DNA of 64,000 nt from the human T2T-CHM13v2.0 reference genome, Homo sapiens. The notes under the pieces are model-generated. The model saw nothing but the letters and a program-made list of their open reading frames with translations. It searched no databases and was not told the origin of the DNA. Below, piece after piece: positions 41,110-61,943 of the stretch. The stretch is from the NCBI RefSeq assembly GCF_009914755.1, contig NC_060930.1; one strand, written 5' to 3'. The position numbers and the translations under genes are program-made. Every line of letters starts with the position of its first letter. Positions within the stretch are counted from its first letter, which is position 1.

Positions 41110-42515
41110 TGTTAACAGCCTCTAACAGCCTCAAATCCGTATGGGTATGCAGCAACCTCAATTGCTTTTTGTTTTTGTTTTTGTTTTAGATGCAGTCTTG
41201 CTCTGTTGCCCAGGCTGGAGTGCAGTGGCGTGATCTTGGCTCACTGTAACTTCTGTCCCCCAGGTTAAAGGGATTCTCCTGTCTCAGCCTCCCGAGTAGC
41301 TGGATTACAGGCATGCGCCACCATGCCTGGCTAATTTTTGTGTTTTTAGTGGAGATGGTGTTTCACCGTGTTGGCCAGGTTGGTCGCGAACTCCTGACCT
41401 CAGGTGATCCGCCAGCCTCGGCCTCCCAAACTGCTGGGATTACAGGCGAGAGCCACCGCACCCAGCCAGCAACCTCAATTCTTGCCTCCTCAGAAGAAAG
41501 AATTAGACCGAGGGGCATAAGACAGAGGGAAAGACAGAGGCAAATTTTAGAGCAGGAGGGAAAAGTTTATCAAAAAGTTGTAGAGCAGGAACAAAAGGAA
41601 GTAAAGTACACTTGGAAAAGGGCCAATCAGGTGACTTGAGAGATTCAAGTGCATGGTTTACCCTTTGACTTGGGGTTTTATATGTTGGCATGCTTCCAGG
41701 GGCGGCATTACTTCTCCCCTGATGCTTCCCTTGGGGTGGGTTGTCCACGTGCACAGTGGCCTGCCAGCCCTTGAGAGGGCCACATGTACGGTGTGTTTAT
41801 TGAAGTTGTGCGCATGTTGACTTGAGGTGTCTTTTGCTCACCAGTCGAGCGTTCCTGGAGGGAGGTCATATACCTTACCAGGGGAAGGACTGTCAACTGC
41901 AGAAATCGACTAGGTATGCTCAACTGGTAAGTTAAACTCTGCTATTTTGCCTTAGTACATATGCTTGAGCCCACTCACCCATCTCCTGAGATCTTATTGG
42001 GAAGCTGTTGATCACCAGTTTCAGGTGTTCTCTATCTATTGGGAGACTTCCTTTCCCTGGCACTGGCTGCAACCCATTATTATTTTATTTTATTTATTTA
42101 TTTATTTATTTATTTTTTTGAGACAGAGTTTTGCTCATGTTGCCCAGGCTGAAGTGCAATGGCGTGACCTTGGCTTACTGCAACCTCCATCTCCCAGGTG
42201 ATTTTCATACCTCACCCTCCCGAGTAGCTGGGATTACAAGCGTGCACCACCACGCCCAGCTAATTTTTGTATTTTTAGTAGAAATGGGGTTTCACCATGC
42301 TGGCCAGAATCTTGATCTCTTGACCTTATGATCTGCCCACGTTGGCCTCCCAAAGTGCTGGGATTATAGGCGTGAGCCACCACGCCCAGCCCCATTATTA
42401 TCTTAGAGAGACAGTTTAACAACCGCCTGACCATCACCTGATGGTCTCCCAATGTTCCTGTTTGGGGGAGCCCTCTCCTGCCCTGCTCATGTCTGCCTAA
42501 CTACCTACTGTAACA
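41110..42515 (-). mobile_element. MER50 solo LTR (ERV1), interrupted by two Alus (41165-41467, ~42080-42391)
   Basis: Minus strand tgttacagtaggtagttaggcagacatgagcagggcaggagaggg...gaggaggcaagaattgaggttgctgc...ttaaca. Confidence 0.85.
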
Positions 42516-43349
42516 TTCCTATATCAATTTTACAGATAAGCAAACTGATATTTGGAGGAGAAAAGTCTGAAATAGGAGCCAGTCAGTGAAGCACCAGCAC
42601 AAGGAAGAAGTAGATGTGAAGGAGAGGAAAGGCATGTAAATGCCCAATCTCAGGGAAGGCGGAAGGTGCAGAAAGATCTAGACACAAGGGCATTGAAACA
42701 AAAGGAATGCTTGTCAGGGACTGCTTCCGTGCCTCAGCTGAGCAGCCCCTGGGCTCTGATACCCTACAGGGGATAGTTCTAAACCGCAGAAAGCTGTCAT
42801 GAAATTAGCTCACCCTGAAATGATGCTTAATTGTTCTACAGAAACATCAGCGTGTCCCAACCAGGAGCAAGAGAGTTTATTGTCAGATGACTCAGTGGGG
42901 TAAAGAGGACTCCAAAGGAGCAGCACAGCAAGACAGGGGCCAAAGGGAAAAGGCCAAAAGAACAGACTAATGTGTGTATGTCTTTTTAAAAATTGGATAA
43001 AATGTCCAATTACTCTTGCCCAAATTATTCTTTGGAGGTTAGTAACAAGGAGGGAATCTAAGACCCGGCCCAAGATGTGAACCCTAGGGTAGCAGTGCTG
43101 ATGAGTGCTGCATGGTACCGGGACTCTGTAGTGAGGGGCCACAACAATGCCCTGGCTGTTCAGCTTCTACTGTGAGTGCCAGTGTATGCAAATTTTATTG
43201 TCCAAAGCAAGTCAAGGGACCAAAGCTTGACAGTGGTGGGACAGGGGAAGTATAATCTTTCCCCCAGAGCGAGTAGTATAAATCATAAGAACAATTACAG
43301 ACTCTCTCAAAAGGTAGACAGTGGGGGAGATTCAAATCATGATACGTAG

Positions 43350-43420
43350 TGTGTGTGTGTGTGTGTGGGGGGGTATATATATGTGTTTATGTGTATGTAT
43401 GTGTGTATGTGTATCTGTGT
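43350..43420. repeat. (TG)n/(TA)n compound microsatellite
   Basis: (TG)9 followed by a degenerate tgta run. Confidence 0.85.
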
Positions 43421-43421
43421 A

Positions 43422-43806
43422 TAGTCATGTGTGACTTAAAAACGGGAATACATTCTGAGAAATGTGTCACTAGACAATTTTGTCCTTGGGTGAACATCAC
43501 AGTGTACTTACACAAACCTAGATGGCATAGCCTACTGAACACCTAGGCTGGATGGTGCAGCCTATTGCTCCCAGGCTACACACCTGCACAGCATATTACT
43601 GTACAGAATACTGTAGGCAACTGGAACACAGTGGTAAGTATTTGTGTATCTAAACATAGAAAGATAATGCATTACACTGGGACATTACCAGAGCTACCAC
43701 ATCATTAGGTAAGAGGAACTTTTCAGCTCCATTATAATCCTGTGGGACCACCATTGTATATGGGGTCTATAGTTGATCAAAACATTGTTACGCAGCACAT
43801 GACTAT
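43422..43806. mobile_element. Tigger3a/MER7-type MITE
   Basis: tagtcatg...gggaatacattctgagaaatgtgtc...cacaaacctagatggcatagcctac...gcacatgacta. Confidence 0.8.
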
Positions 43807-44148
43807 GTATACATATAATTTTAATTATTTCTGTTTATTTTAAGTGTTTATTTTCAGCTGGGTCATTGAAGAGTTTCTAACAGACATCATGACACTTCAC
43901 TCCCAAAAACATCGGCACTTCCAGGAACAAGGAGGTCCTCCTGCATAACCACAGCACAGGGACCATGTTGGGAAGCTTAGCACAAACTTAGCACTACTAC
44001 ACAGCCCATAATGAAGTTTCCCCAAGTGTCCCAAGAATGATCTTTAGAGCTGGCCCAGGGCCTTTTAGGTGAGAAGACAGTCCCAAAGCCCCACACATTT
44101 TTTCTTGCTGTTCTCTACATACTCAAATAAATGAATGTTCCCTTGTCA

Positions 44149-46577
<2,429 letters not shown>

Positions 46578-47795
46578 TCTGCAAAAATCTTTCAAACAAC
46601 TTGGGATTGAAAGTCCTCTTGATTTTCCCACTCTAATCCCTCTGCCTTTCTAGATGCTTATCACAGGTATTGTGGGTTGTGCTAGCTCTTTCTCTTTTGC
46701 GTATGCATAAATAATGGAGAAACGAAATCTAGACCACACGTGCTATTCTGTCCCTCAGTTTATTCTCTTCATGTGTCTTAGAGATCTTTCTTCACTCAAG
46801 AAAATTGAAAGGTGACCTGGGCCAGTGGTTTGTAACTGGGCGGCCTAAAGCCCTAAGGATTCTGTAGAGAGGACCTTGAAGACTGCCCCAGGAGCAAAGA
46901 GGAGCTCCAGAGACCCCACAAAAGGAAAGAATTGATCCAGTTTAATTCCTTTGTCTTTGCCTTCTGCTAAGAGATAAAGATTCCTGAGAAGAGTTAGACG
47001 TGTATAGTTGGGTTTCACTGGCATTTGTTTTCTTGAGAGCAATTTTAGGGCAAGGGTGGAGAGTAACATGGAATTGCCTCAGTTTCTCCAATATGATCAG
47101 TCTAAAGAAAGCAAGAATTAGGAAAGGCCAGAGATAGAAACAGACTCTGCTCCATGAAGGACAATAATCCATGTATTCATCTCAGGTCTTATGTATGGCT
47201 ATGTATAACATCTGTGCAACCAGGAAATCACTACCCATGTACATTTGAAATCTTCTCTGGTTTTCCTCTAAGTCCTGGATTCTAGATCTTTCTGTACTCC
47301 TTAAAAGGAGTTTTGGGCTTAGGAAGAGCAATATAGAAAGACCTAGAATTTCTCCCTGGAAATTGTCTTCCTAGACATTGTATTCATGTCCAGGAAGAAT
47401 GGGACAAAATCTGACCAGACAGGCCTGCTCCAGTCTAAGGGAAACTTCCTTTTGCGGCCAGGTAAACTGACCATCTGGAAAATCTTTGAATCAAACAGAA
47501 GCATAAGAAAAAACATCTCTAAAACACCAATGTACTAGACAGCCCCAGAAGCAAAGCTTCCTCTCTAAGTGTCACAGTGCCTAGTTGTGTGCAAAGGCAA
47601 GTGGCTGGAGGGTGCTATCCGCAGTGGGAAACCCTAGCAAGTCACTGAGGTCTTCTAAAACTCCAAGTCTTCATCTATGTAACTGAGATAATAACTGCTG
47701 ATCTCATAGGTCACTGTCAGGAGTAAATGAGTGACGATGTCTAACTTCTAGTGTAGTGCCTGACATGTACCATTACAGATTGAATTCTGTGCCCC

Positions 47796-47865
47796 TATAT
47801 TAGCCCATTCTCATGTTGCTACAAAGAACTACCTGAGACTGGGTAATTTACCAAGAAAAGAGGTC
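47796..47865 (-). mobile_element. MST/THE1-type MaLR LTR terminal fragment
   Basis: tatattagcccattctcatgttgctacaaagaactacctgagactgggtaatttaccaagaaaagaggt. Confidence 0.7.
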
Positions 47866-48076
47866 AAGGGTATAGTGAACCACGATTGCATCACTGCACT
47901 CTAGCCTGGGTGACAGATTAAGACCCTGTCTCAAAAAAAAAAAAAAAAATTTATAAATTAACCAAGCATGATGGTACATATGTATAGTCCTAGCTACTTC
48001 AGAGGCTGAGGTGGAAGGACAGCTTGAAGCCAGGGGTTCAAGACCAGCCTGGGCAACATTAGCAAGCCTCCATCTC

Positions 48077-48079
48077 TAA

Positions 48080-48118
<39 letters not shown>

Positions 48119-48121
48119 ATA
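48077..48121 (+). repeat. (TAAA)n Alu-tail microsatellite
   Basis: About 11 units. Confidence 0.9.
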
Positions 48122-48930
<809 letters not shown>

Positions 48931-49150
48931 AATTTCAAATACATGTGTAGATATATAAATGCACATATCTCATAAAATATACATATAAATGCATACATTT
49001 ATGTTCTATTATTCCAGCATGATTCCTTTACAATATTATTGCATATAACAATGTAATAAACATTATGCCAGGCGTGCTGGCTCATGCCTGTAATCCCAGC
49101 ACTTTGGGAGGGAGGCCAAGGTGGGCAGATCACTTGAGGTCAGGAATTCA

Positions 49151-49372
<222 letters not shown>

Positions 49373-51497
49373 TTATTAGAGGTTTGCTATTTAACTTTTT
49401 AAACTTAACCAAATCAGGATTTTAATAAATAATAACATTTAATGTCTATTGATATACATTCAAAATATATAAACTATTTTATTTATGTATTTATATTCAT
49501 TTATACTGTCAACAGTCAATTCTTATCGTAAGTGATTAAAAAAATAACTTGTAAGAAACTGAACATTCTGATCCTGTTTTCATAACAATATTAGCTAATA
49601 TTCATTGAAAGCTGACTCTGTTTCAGGTACTATTCACACGTATGTGTGTGTGTGCACACACGTGTGTGTATACATATATACAGTTTTTTGTTTTTTTTTT
49701 GAGACAGTGTCTTACTCTGTCACCCAGGCAGAAGTGCAGTTGTACAACGATGGTTCACTGTAGCTTCAACCTCCCCAGGCTCAAGTGATCCTCCCACGTC
49801 ACCTTCCCAAGTAGCTGAGGCTATAGGAGGGCACCACCATGCTTGTCTAATTTTTGTGTTTTTAGTAGAAATGGGGTTCTGCCAAGTTGCCCAGGCTGCT
49901 CTCGAACTCCTGGGCTCAAGCGATCTGCCCACCACTGCCTCCTAAAGTGCTGGGATCACAGGAGTGAGCCACCGCACTCAGCCAAAAGGAGGTTCTGCAA
50001 TGCCATTCCTGTCTGTGTGATTCTGTGAAAAGACTTCAAGAACTATGTTCCTGCACACACCTCCATAAAAGTAGCCATCTATATACATGTGTACATACAT
50101 GTATAAGTACAAGGTGACATACATAAGGACAGAAGAAGTGGGGTCAGCAATTGCATGTTTAAAGGAGCTGAGAAGTAGAGCAGAGAGAGCCTGGATTTTA
50201 GAGCCAGATTTCTGTTCACTCTTTGCTAGCGAAGGGGAGACTGAGCAGAGTGTTAATAGACACACACACACACGCACACACCCTCTAAACAAAGCGGACC
50301 CTTCCTGAGAACAGGATAATGATAATGACGACACCCAATGATGATGATGCGCAAATCCACCACCAGTGCTGGATTCTCCCGTCTGTTCTGAATGTCTTGC
50401 CCACAGAAGTGTATACATTTTTCTAACTACCTTCCAAGATCTTTACCCAAGAGAACCTGACAGCTTTGTCCACCTCTGTCCCTGCAAGGAGCTCAATCAA
50501 GCAGCTCTCTATCTCTCCCTGTCATGTTTTCTTGCCTCACTCCTACCCCAGCCGAGGGCTTAGTGCAGACTGCTAGGAAAACCATCTCAGAGAAATCAGC
50601 GGAGAGCCTGTTTACCAAGCAACACTGCACAGCCCAGGCAAGGACTCCTTTGAGAAATGGGAAACCATCAGGACGGTGGATAGAATGAACCCGATTTCCC
50701 ATTATTTTTTTCAAATAAATGGAGTCCAGTTTGCTTCCACTATAATCCAGGCATAACATTTATATGAGAACATAAAATACTACACAGCTGTAAGTAAAAC
50801 AATATGTGTGTTCCTGAATAATAGTGATACCACTTGCCAGTAAGACTATATTTTGATCAAATAAAAGATGACCTAAATTTGACTCAGTGGGATGGGATTT
50901 ACTACACGATCGCTTCTTGAAAATTAAGGGATAGAGAGAGGGGGCTTTCATGAGGGTAGAAGGAAATGGACAAGGAGAACAAGAGAAAAACAGGATGGAA
51001 AGTTAGATGCCCCTCGCTGAGTTTGAAAGCGCACTTTGTAAGAAGAATAAAGAGCATTTGACTTCACACGTCTAGTGCGTCCCTCCCAAATAAAACCTTA
51101 TTTTATATCAGACACCCACACTGCAGAGTCCCACATATGCTGACATCCAAGTCTCCAGTCTACAGTGATTTTTATGCATTCCTTCACTCCCTCTTTCATT
51201 CATATGTATGATGGTTGCACAAATATGTATTGTGGACTTAATATGTAACAGGCTCTCTGGTAGGATGGGAAACAGATCCTGCCCTGAGCCAGTTTACAAC
51301 CCTGTGGGGAGGGCACCAAGGGAACAGGCTATTTCAGTCTAGTGTGATAAGGGCCATGACGGGAGAAACCTCAATACAGTGTGCTCAGAACCTGCAGAGG
51401 CAGCGCAAGGGGTCCCGAGGCCACACATGAGAGGATGCTACATGACCAGAGGAACCAAACTTGGTAACGCTGGAGGTGGATTCAGAAGAAAGAGAAA

Positions 51498-52228
<731 letters not shown>

Positions 52229-53009
52229 CTATTGGCTACAACTTAGTCACATGACCACACCTGGCTTCCACAAAGCTGGAAATACAGTTCTTATTCAGGG
52301 CAGCCACGAGCACAGATAAACACTTGTATGACATGGAAGCAAGGGAAATGTACATTGGGAGGAAACCAGCCCTCTGTGCCACAGCGTCCGAGCCCTCCTC
52401 TTCCTCTTGTCCTGTCTGAGATAGACAGAGGCTTTAAAGGGTTTTCCAGGAAACCCCTGGAGAACATGATACACATTCATATGCATGCACACACAAACCC
52501 AAATGCAATACAATAATTAACCATAAGTTTTTCATTAAAAAAAAAAAAGGTAAAGAATGAAAACTTACAGCAGAAGACTCAAGGCTGTAGCAAAGAGGCT
52601 GGAGCAGGCTCTCTCTGCGGGCACAGATCTAAAGGGGGATGCAGAGGGGCATTAGCTAGGAATAATGTGAAGGTAGATGGAGCCCCCATCACCTTCCCCT
52701 CTCCTGAGTTCTCCCCCACTGCGTCATTTGCCCCTTATCACCAACTCTTCCACTGGATCCAAACATGCTCAAAGGCATTGCTCTGCTAACAAAAACAGCA
52801 TAAGCACACCATTAGGATGTACAAGCATTTCTGGAAGTGTCAAAGGAACCAAACTCCTCCCAGCTCAATGATTGATTAGCTAAATAAACTTGAGCTAGAT
52901 GTATATTTTCTTTGTGCATCAATTTCCTCCAAATCCAATAGAGACTAAAAAATACTTGCTTTACCTTCTTCATAGGCTTGTGGAGGGAACCAGGGAAATG
53001 GGATATCTA

Positions 53010-54310
<1,301 letters not shown>

Positions 54311-54899
54311 TTCTGTCTTCTTTTCCTGTTTAAGTTGATTATGTTCCAAGCAACGCTCCTTCGGAGGAATCTGATTAAACTGGCTGAGGGTCAGACATGG
54401 TAGCACACGCCTGGAATCCCAGCACTTTGGGAGGCCAAGGCGGGAGGATCACTTGAGCCCAGGAGTTTGAGACCTGCCTGGGCAACATATCTGAATGCTT
54501 TTCCTTCCTCTGGTACATTCCATACCAAAAAGATGAGATGGCCTCATGACAGGAGTAAGGACTTTGGAGTCGGGTAAATGCGGATTCAGATTTTCTCTCC
54601 AACACTTCCTAACTGAATGCTACTCAGCCTCTCTAACTCATGACTTCCTCCTCTGTACATTTGGGATAATACCAACCACACAGGGATGTTGGGGGATGAA
54701 ATGACATAGGATTCATGGGAACTCAATGGTACCATATTCATAGCATACGGCAGGTGTGGGCTCCAGGCCCTTCCCGCTTCCCCATCTCCTATTCCACATC
54801 ATTATCTCCTTTTCTTTCTCCCTCCCTCCCTATCTTTCTTCCTTCCTTCCTCCATTTCAAAGAACAGCTAAAACTGGTGATGCAGAAATGACTACAGTA

Positions 54900-56354
<1,455 letters not shown>

Positions 56355-57489
56355 TGTATCACATTGGAAGATAACTACCTTGTAATTGCATCCAAACCCA
56401 TTCCACTTGAATGCCAACATTACAAGAACTCTGGTAAATGGAGTTTTGATACCAACCAATCATTTCCACATGGAACTATTAGCATGATAATCCTGTTCTC
56501 TCATTGTCCTGATAACGTTTTTTATACTTTTCTTGAAAAATGTACTTGGACTGCGTTCTCACATAGTTACTACACTCTAACAGATTTATGCTCCTTAGAA
56601 GAATGGGTCTAGTCAGGGAAGTGTTCCAAATCTGCCTCTTACAGAGATGCTCAGGGTAAAAGAAAGATTAGTGGTCAAAAGTAATGTAACTAAAACGTGG
56701 AGGCTGCCCCGGGGGAAATGTTAAGGACTGCCTGGCACAAGCAAGCACCTTCTGGCAAACTTCTCAAAGTGCTGAAATAGAAAGCTCAAGAGTCACCTGC
56801 TTAAGTAATGGTCTCCAAGGCAAAATATCGGGAGTCCTGTTCAGCCACCACAATGAGCTATTATATGTATGTGGCACAGATGTAACATGAGAATTATACC
56901 AGTCACAAGGTTGCTTTTTTTTTTTAAATGCATAAAGCATGATTCTAACTTGGTGTTGTTTTTTGCAAACATGATGTTGATCACATGAGAAGGGTTTCAG
57001 AAGCAAGACTTGTTTATTTAACATTTTTAGGCTCAAGAAATCACCAATACATTGATGCAAACACCAGCTCTGGAGAAGAGAATTGTCAATAGGGGCCTCC
57101 GGCCCTCCTCTCCAATGCTGAGATGCCTTCTTCATCATGGTGCTAAGGAGGGTCCCAGGGAAAGTATAACATATCCACTGAATTCTAACAGTCAACGGAG
57201 AGTCCAGCAGCTCAGGCAGATCATGCCAAAGTCAAGCCCCCTTCAGTAAAAAGGCCCATCTATAAATCATTAGAGACTGTGGGTGCCAAGAAAGCTACCG
57301 GATTAGTTCAGCATAATAGGCAGAAAGCTTGCATTTGCCAAATGCTTTACAACCATTTTTTATGAAGTATTATGCATAATACCCTGGGAGATAAATGAAC
57401 AATATAATCACCATTTTATAACTAAGGAAGCAGACACCCAATGAAGGTGCTCTGGAAGTTAGTAGCAAACTAATGCTAGAAACCCTTGA

Positions 57490-58310
<821 letters not shown>

Positions 58311-58432
58311 TAAATTTTTTTTTTAATTTTAAAAATATCAAAGTTTAAAATCTGAGCCTGAGCGAAATCCATCTTTGTGAATTGCACCTTAGGCCTTAAG
58401 AGGAGAAAGTCTACTTCCTGCTACGATACAGA

Positions 58433-58530
58433 ACTAATTGATTGATACCAAGTGTATTAGTTAGGGTACAGTCACAGTTGCACTAATTGATTGATACCAA
58501 GTGTATTAGTTAGGGTACAGTCACAGTTGC
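58433..58530. repeat. Perfect 49-bp tandem duplication
   Basis: actaattgattgataccaagtgtattagttagggtacagtcacagttgc x2. Confidence 0.97.
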
Positions 58531-58830
58531 TGTAATAAGGGGACCCCGAAACACAGGGACTTAAATACTTAAATACTCTCTCATATAATAGTCCAGAGGT
58601 GCACTGTCCAAAGCTGGCGGGGTAGCTCTACCATCCTTAATGTGTGGCTCACAGAAGTTGTATCCACCCACCTTCACTCACATCCCATTGGTCAGAACAG
58701 TCACTTGGCCACAAACAAGACCAAAAATGTAGTCTGGTTGTATAGCCAAATACCCGGCAAAAATTTAGGAGTTGTATAAGGAAAGGAAGAGTGGATATTG
58801 ACCGACAAAGAGTGGTCATTGTCTCACAAC
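58452..58830 (-). mobile_element. Old MLT1 (K/L-like) LTR fragment
   Basis: tgtattagttaggg...gctgtaa...cacatcccattggtcagaacagtcacttggccaca. Confidence 0.5.
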
Positions 58831-58979
58831 ATGTAAGAGGCAAAGATTTCCAATCCTCAGATTCGGTGTTCACCTTCCCTGCTCCAATGGGGAAAACTTG
58901 ACAGAGCAATGTCAACCCTGAGAGAATGGGAGGGAATTGGGTGTCAAACAGGCATGATATTAGGACCCAGGTGGGCTGC

Positions 58980-59100
58980 ATGCTGATACCTGCTCTGCCA
59001 TATGTTAGCTGTGAGATCTCAGGCAAGACATTGAAATTCAGCATCTCAGTTTCCTCATCTGTAAAATAAACAACTTGATAGATGAGATTACCTCTACATC
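58980..59100 (+). mobile_element. MIR
   Basis: agctgtgagatctcaggcaag...tctcagtttcctcatctgtaaaat. Confidence 0.65.
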
Positions 59101-59405
59101 TTACATGTAATGATGTCAGGGTCAACAGTATAACAGGGTAGACTTTGTAACATACCATATCCCCTCAAGTTGACCAGTAAATAACCAGAACTCACATCAC
59201 ATGTTTTTAGTCTTAAATGGAATGTATATAATGGACTTATCTTATGAAAATAATTGCATGATTTAGTATGTAAATAAGTCTTGTGTGTTTGTAAAGCTTT
59301 AGTCGTATGGAAATATTTACCAGTCCTACCCACAAGTTAAAAACAAACAAAAGCTGAAGTTTTCTTATACAAACTTTCAACTAATTTCAATAAGAAATGG
59401 GAATA

Positions 59406-59923
59406 CAGGTTGAGTATCTCTTATCCAAAATGCTTGGGACCAGAAGTATTTCGGATTTTGAATTTTTTCAGATTTTGGGGTATTTATATATACATAATAT
59501 ATACATATTATATACATAATATCTACATAATACTATTTTTTATATATTATGTATATATTATGTGTATATATTATATATTATTTATGTAAATTATATAATA
59601 TATAAATATATACAATTATATATATTATTTATATAAATTATATAATTATATAATATATACACATAATATATACATAATGAGATATCTTGGGAATAGAACC
59701 CAAGTCTAAACACAAAATTTATTTATGTTTCATATACACCTTATACACACAGCCTGAAGGTAATTTAATACAATATTTTTAATAATTTTGTGCATAAAAC
59801 AAAATTTACATTAAGCAATTAATATGTGGAATTTTCCACATGTGGCATCATGTTGGCGCACAAAAGTTTTAGATTTTGGAGCATTTCAGATTTTGGATTT
59901 TCAGATTAGAGATGCTCAACCTG
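59406..59923. mobile_element. Tigger4/MER46 (Zombi)-type MITE with internal AT-rich expansion
   Basis: Terminal inverted repeats caggttgagtatc...gatgctcaacctg, flanked by TA on both sides. Confidence 0.85.
59546..59678. repeat. AT-rich inverted repeat, 32-bp perfect arms with 69-nt spacer
   Basis: 59546-59577 is the exact reverse complement of 59647-59678. Confidence 0.9.
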
Positions 59924-60674
59924 TATCTGTATAATTCTAGTGAATCACTATTCAATCTCATCTGTAAGCCTATATTACCATGAATATCTGAACAAAGGTT
60001 AATAAAGATAGTAAGTACTTTCAAATGTACTAATCTTCATGGCTAGGGCAAACTGTTTTTTTTACACTTTTTTTTTTTTCAACATAGAGTCTTGCCCTGT
60101 CGCCCAGGCTGGAGTGTAGCAGTGAGATCATAGCTCACTGCAGCCTCAACCCTCTATGCTCAAGCAATCCTCCCACTTCAGCTTCCCAAGTAGCTGGGAT
60201 CACAGGTGTGCACCACCAAGCCTGGCTAATTATTTTTTTTTTTTTTGTAAAGATGAATTCTCACTATGTTGCCCAGCTGGTCTCGAATTCCTGCGCTCAA
60301 GTGATCCTCCTGCCTCAGCCTCCCAGAGTGCCGGGACTACAGGTCTGAGCCACTGTGCCTGGCTACATACATGTTTTACATATACTTTCCTCTGTTATGT
60401 TTATGCAAATATCTCCCATTAGCATGGAAAGTATGGAAGTCTGACTTCTAGAAATAGGAGATAACTGAACCAGAATTCCCTAAGAACTGTGAACATTTTT
60501 AAACATATTCCCAAGGGTCAAGTCTCATCATCCTTGAGTGTCATTCAAGGTTAATTTTATTGAATACAACAGATGATGAAGCTAATAGTGGAAACAAACC
60601 AACAAAGCTGATGTTCTTATGTAAATAATAAACTGGTTCTCAAGGTAGTCATGTTAAATTAAAGGAAATGATAT

Positions 60675-60708
60675 ATTGCTTCTCGGCCTTTTGACTAAGA
60701 TCAAGTGC
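60675..60708 (+). pseudogene. U2 snRNA retro-pseudogene, 3'-truncated (U2 nt ~1-34; RNU2-nP type)
   Basis: attgcttctcggccttttgactaagatcaagtg matches the U2 5' end ATCGCTTCTCGGCCTTTTGGCTAAGATCAAGTG at 31/33. Flanked by the perfect 14-bp direct repeat aaaggaaatgatat (60661-60674, 60709-60722). Confidence 0.92.
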
Positions 60709-61041
60709 AAAGGAAATGATATGTTGTTGCCTTTCAAGGTGATTACTTTTGAAGGTAAAACCATATAAATGTTGTTCTGTTTAATTTGGCTATGTTTTTG
60801 AAAGTCTCGTTGCTTTATAAATAGATAATAATTATGTATTGTGTGCGATGAGTGCTTTCCTAGTGCCAGCCATTTTGCTAGACACTTTGATGGGAATTTA
60901 TCATCTCAACCTCACAAAAGTCTGTCTCCATCCCCTGTGCAGAATCCAAAAGTTGTCTGCCAGAGATCCATTCTTTCCTTATTCCTTAGAAGAGAGTCCC
61001 TATTTTATGTGAAACTTCAAGGCTCCTAACTGAAGCACTAA

Positions 61042-61364
<323 letters not shown>

Positions 61365-61765
61365 TAAAGCACTAATTGACCAGTTCACCTGGTGATTAGC
61401 AGTGGCCAACAGGATGGAAACAGAAGTTGTTGAGTGACACCTCCAGAAGAGAAGAGAGACAGATTGATGGCATGCATGCCCTCTTTGTCCATTCCAATTT
61501 TTCTGCTGCCTGGAGTATGGATGAGATGGTTTGAGCTCCAACTGTCATCTTGTAATTTGTGGATGAAGATTACAAACTAAAGGTAGCAGAGGATGAAGAT
61601 AAAAGAAACCTGGGCCTCTGGTACAATCAAGGAGCTGCCAACCCAGCCCCTGGCTGTCTACCACCAGAATTATTTCATACAAGAAAAAAATTAACTTATG
61701 TGACTAAGCCACTATTCTTTGGGATGTTTTGTTCTATGTTGTTTAACCTAATTATAACCGAGACA
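61365..61765 (+). mobile_element. Old MLT1 (H/I/J-like) LTR fragment
   Basis: ctgctgcctggagtatggatgagatgg...gaaacctgggcctctg...aagccactattctttggg. Confidence 0.5.
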
Positions 61766-61781
61766 CCTTCCCTTCATCTTA

Positions 61782-61943
<162 letters not shown>

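Noticed and set aside
49636-49680. Alternating purine-pyrimidine tract (Z-DNA candidate)
   Set aside because: Short, degenerate TG/CA/TA microsatellite of a very common kind.
58433-58530. Direct repeats as a possible CRISPR-like array
   Set aside because: Only two adjacent units, no spacers, and a primate genomic context.
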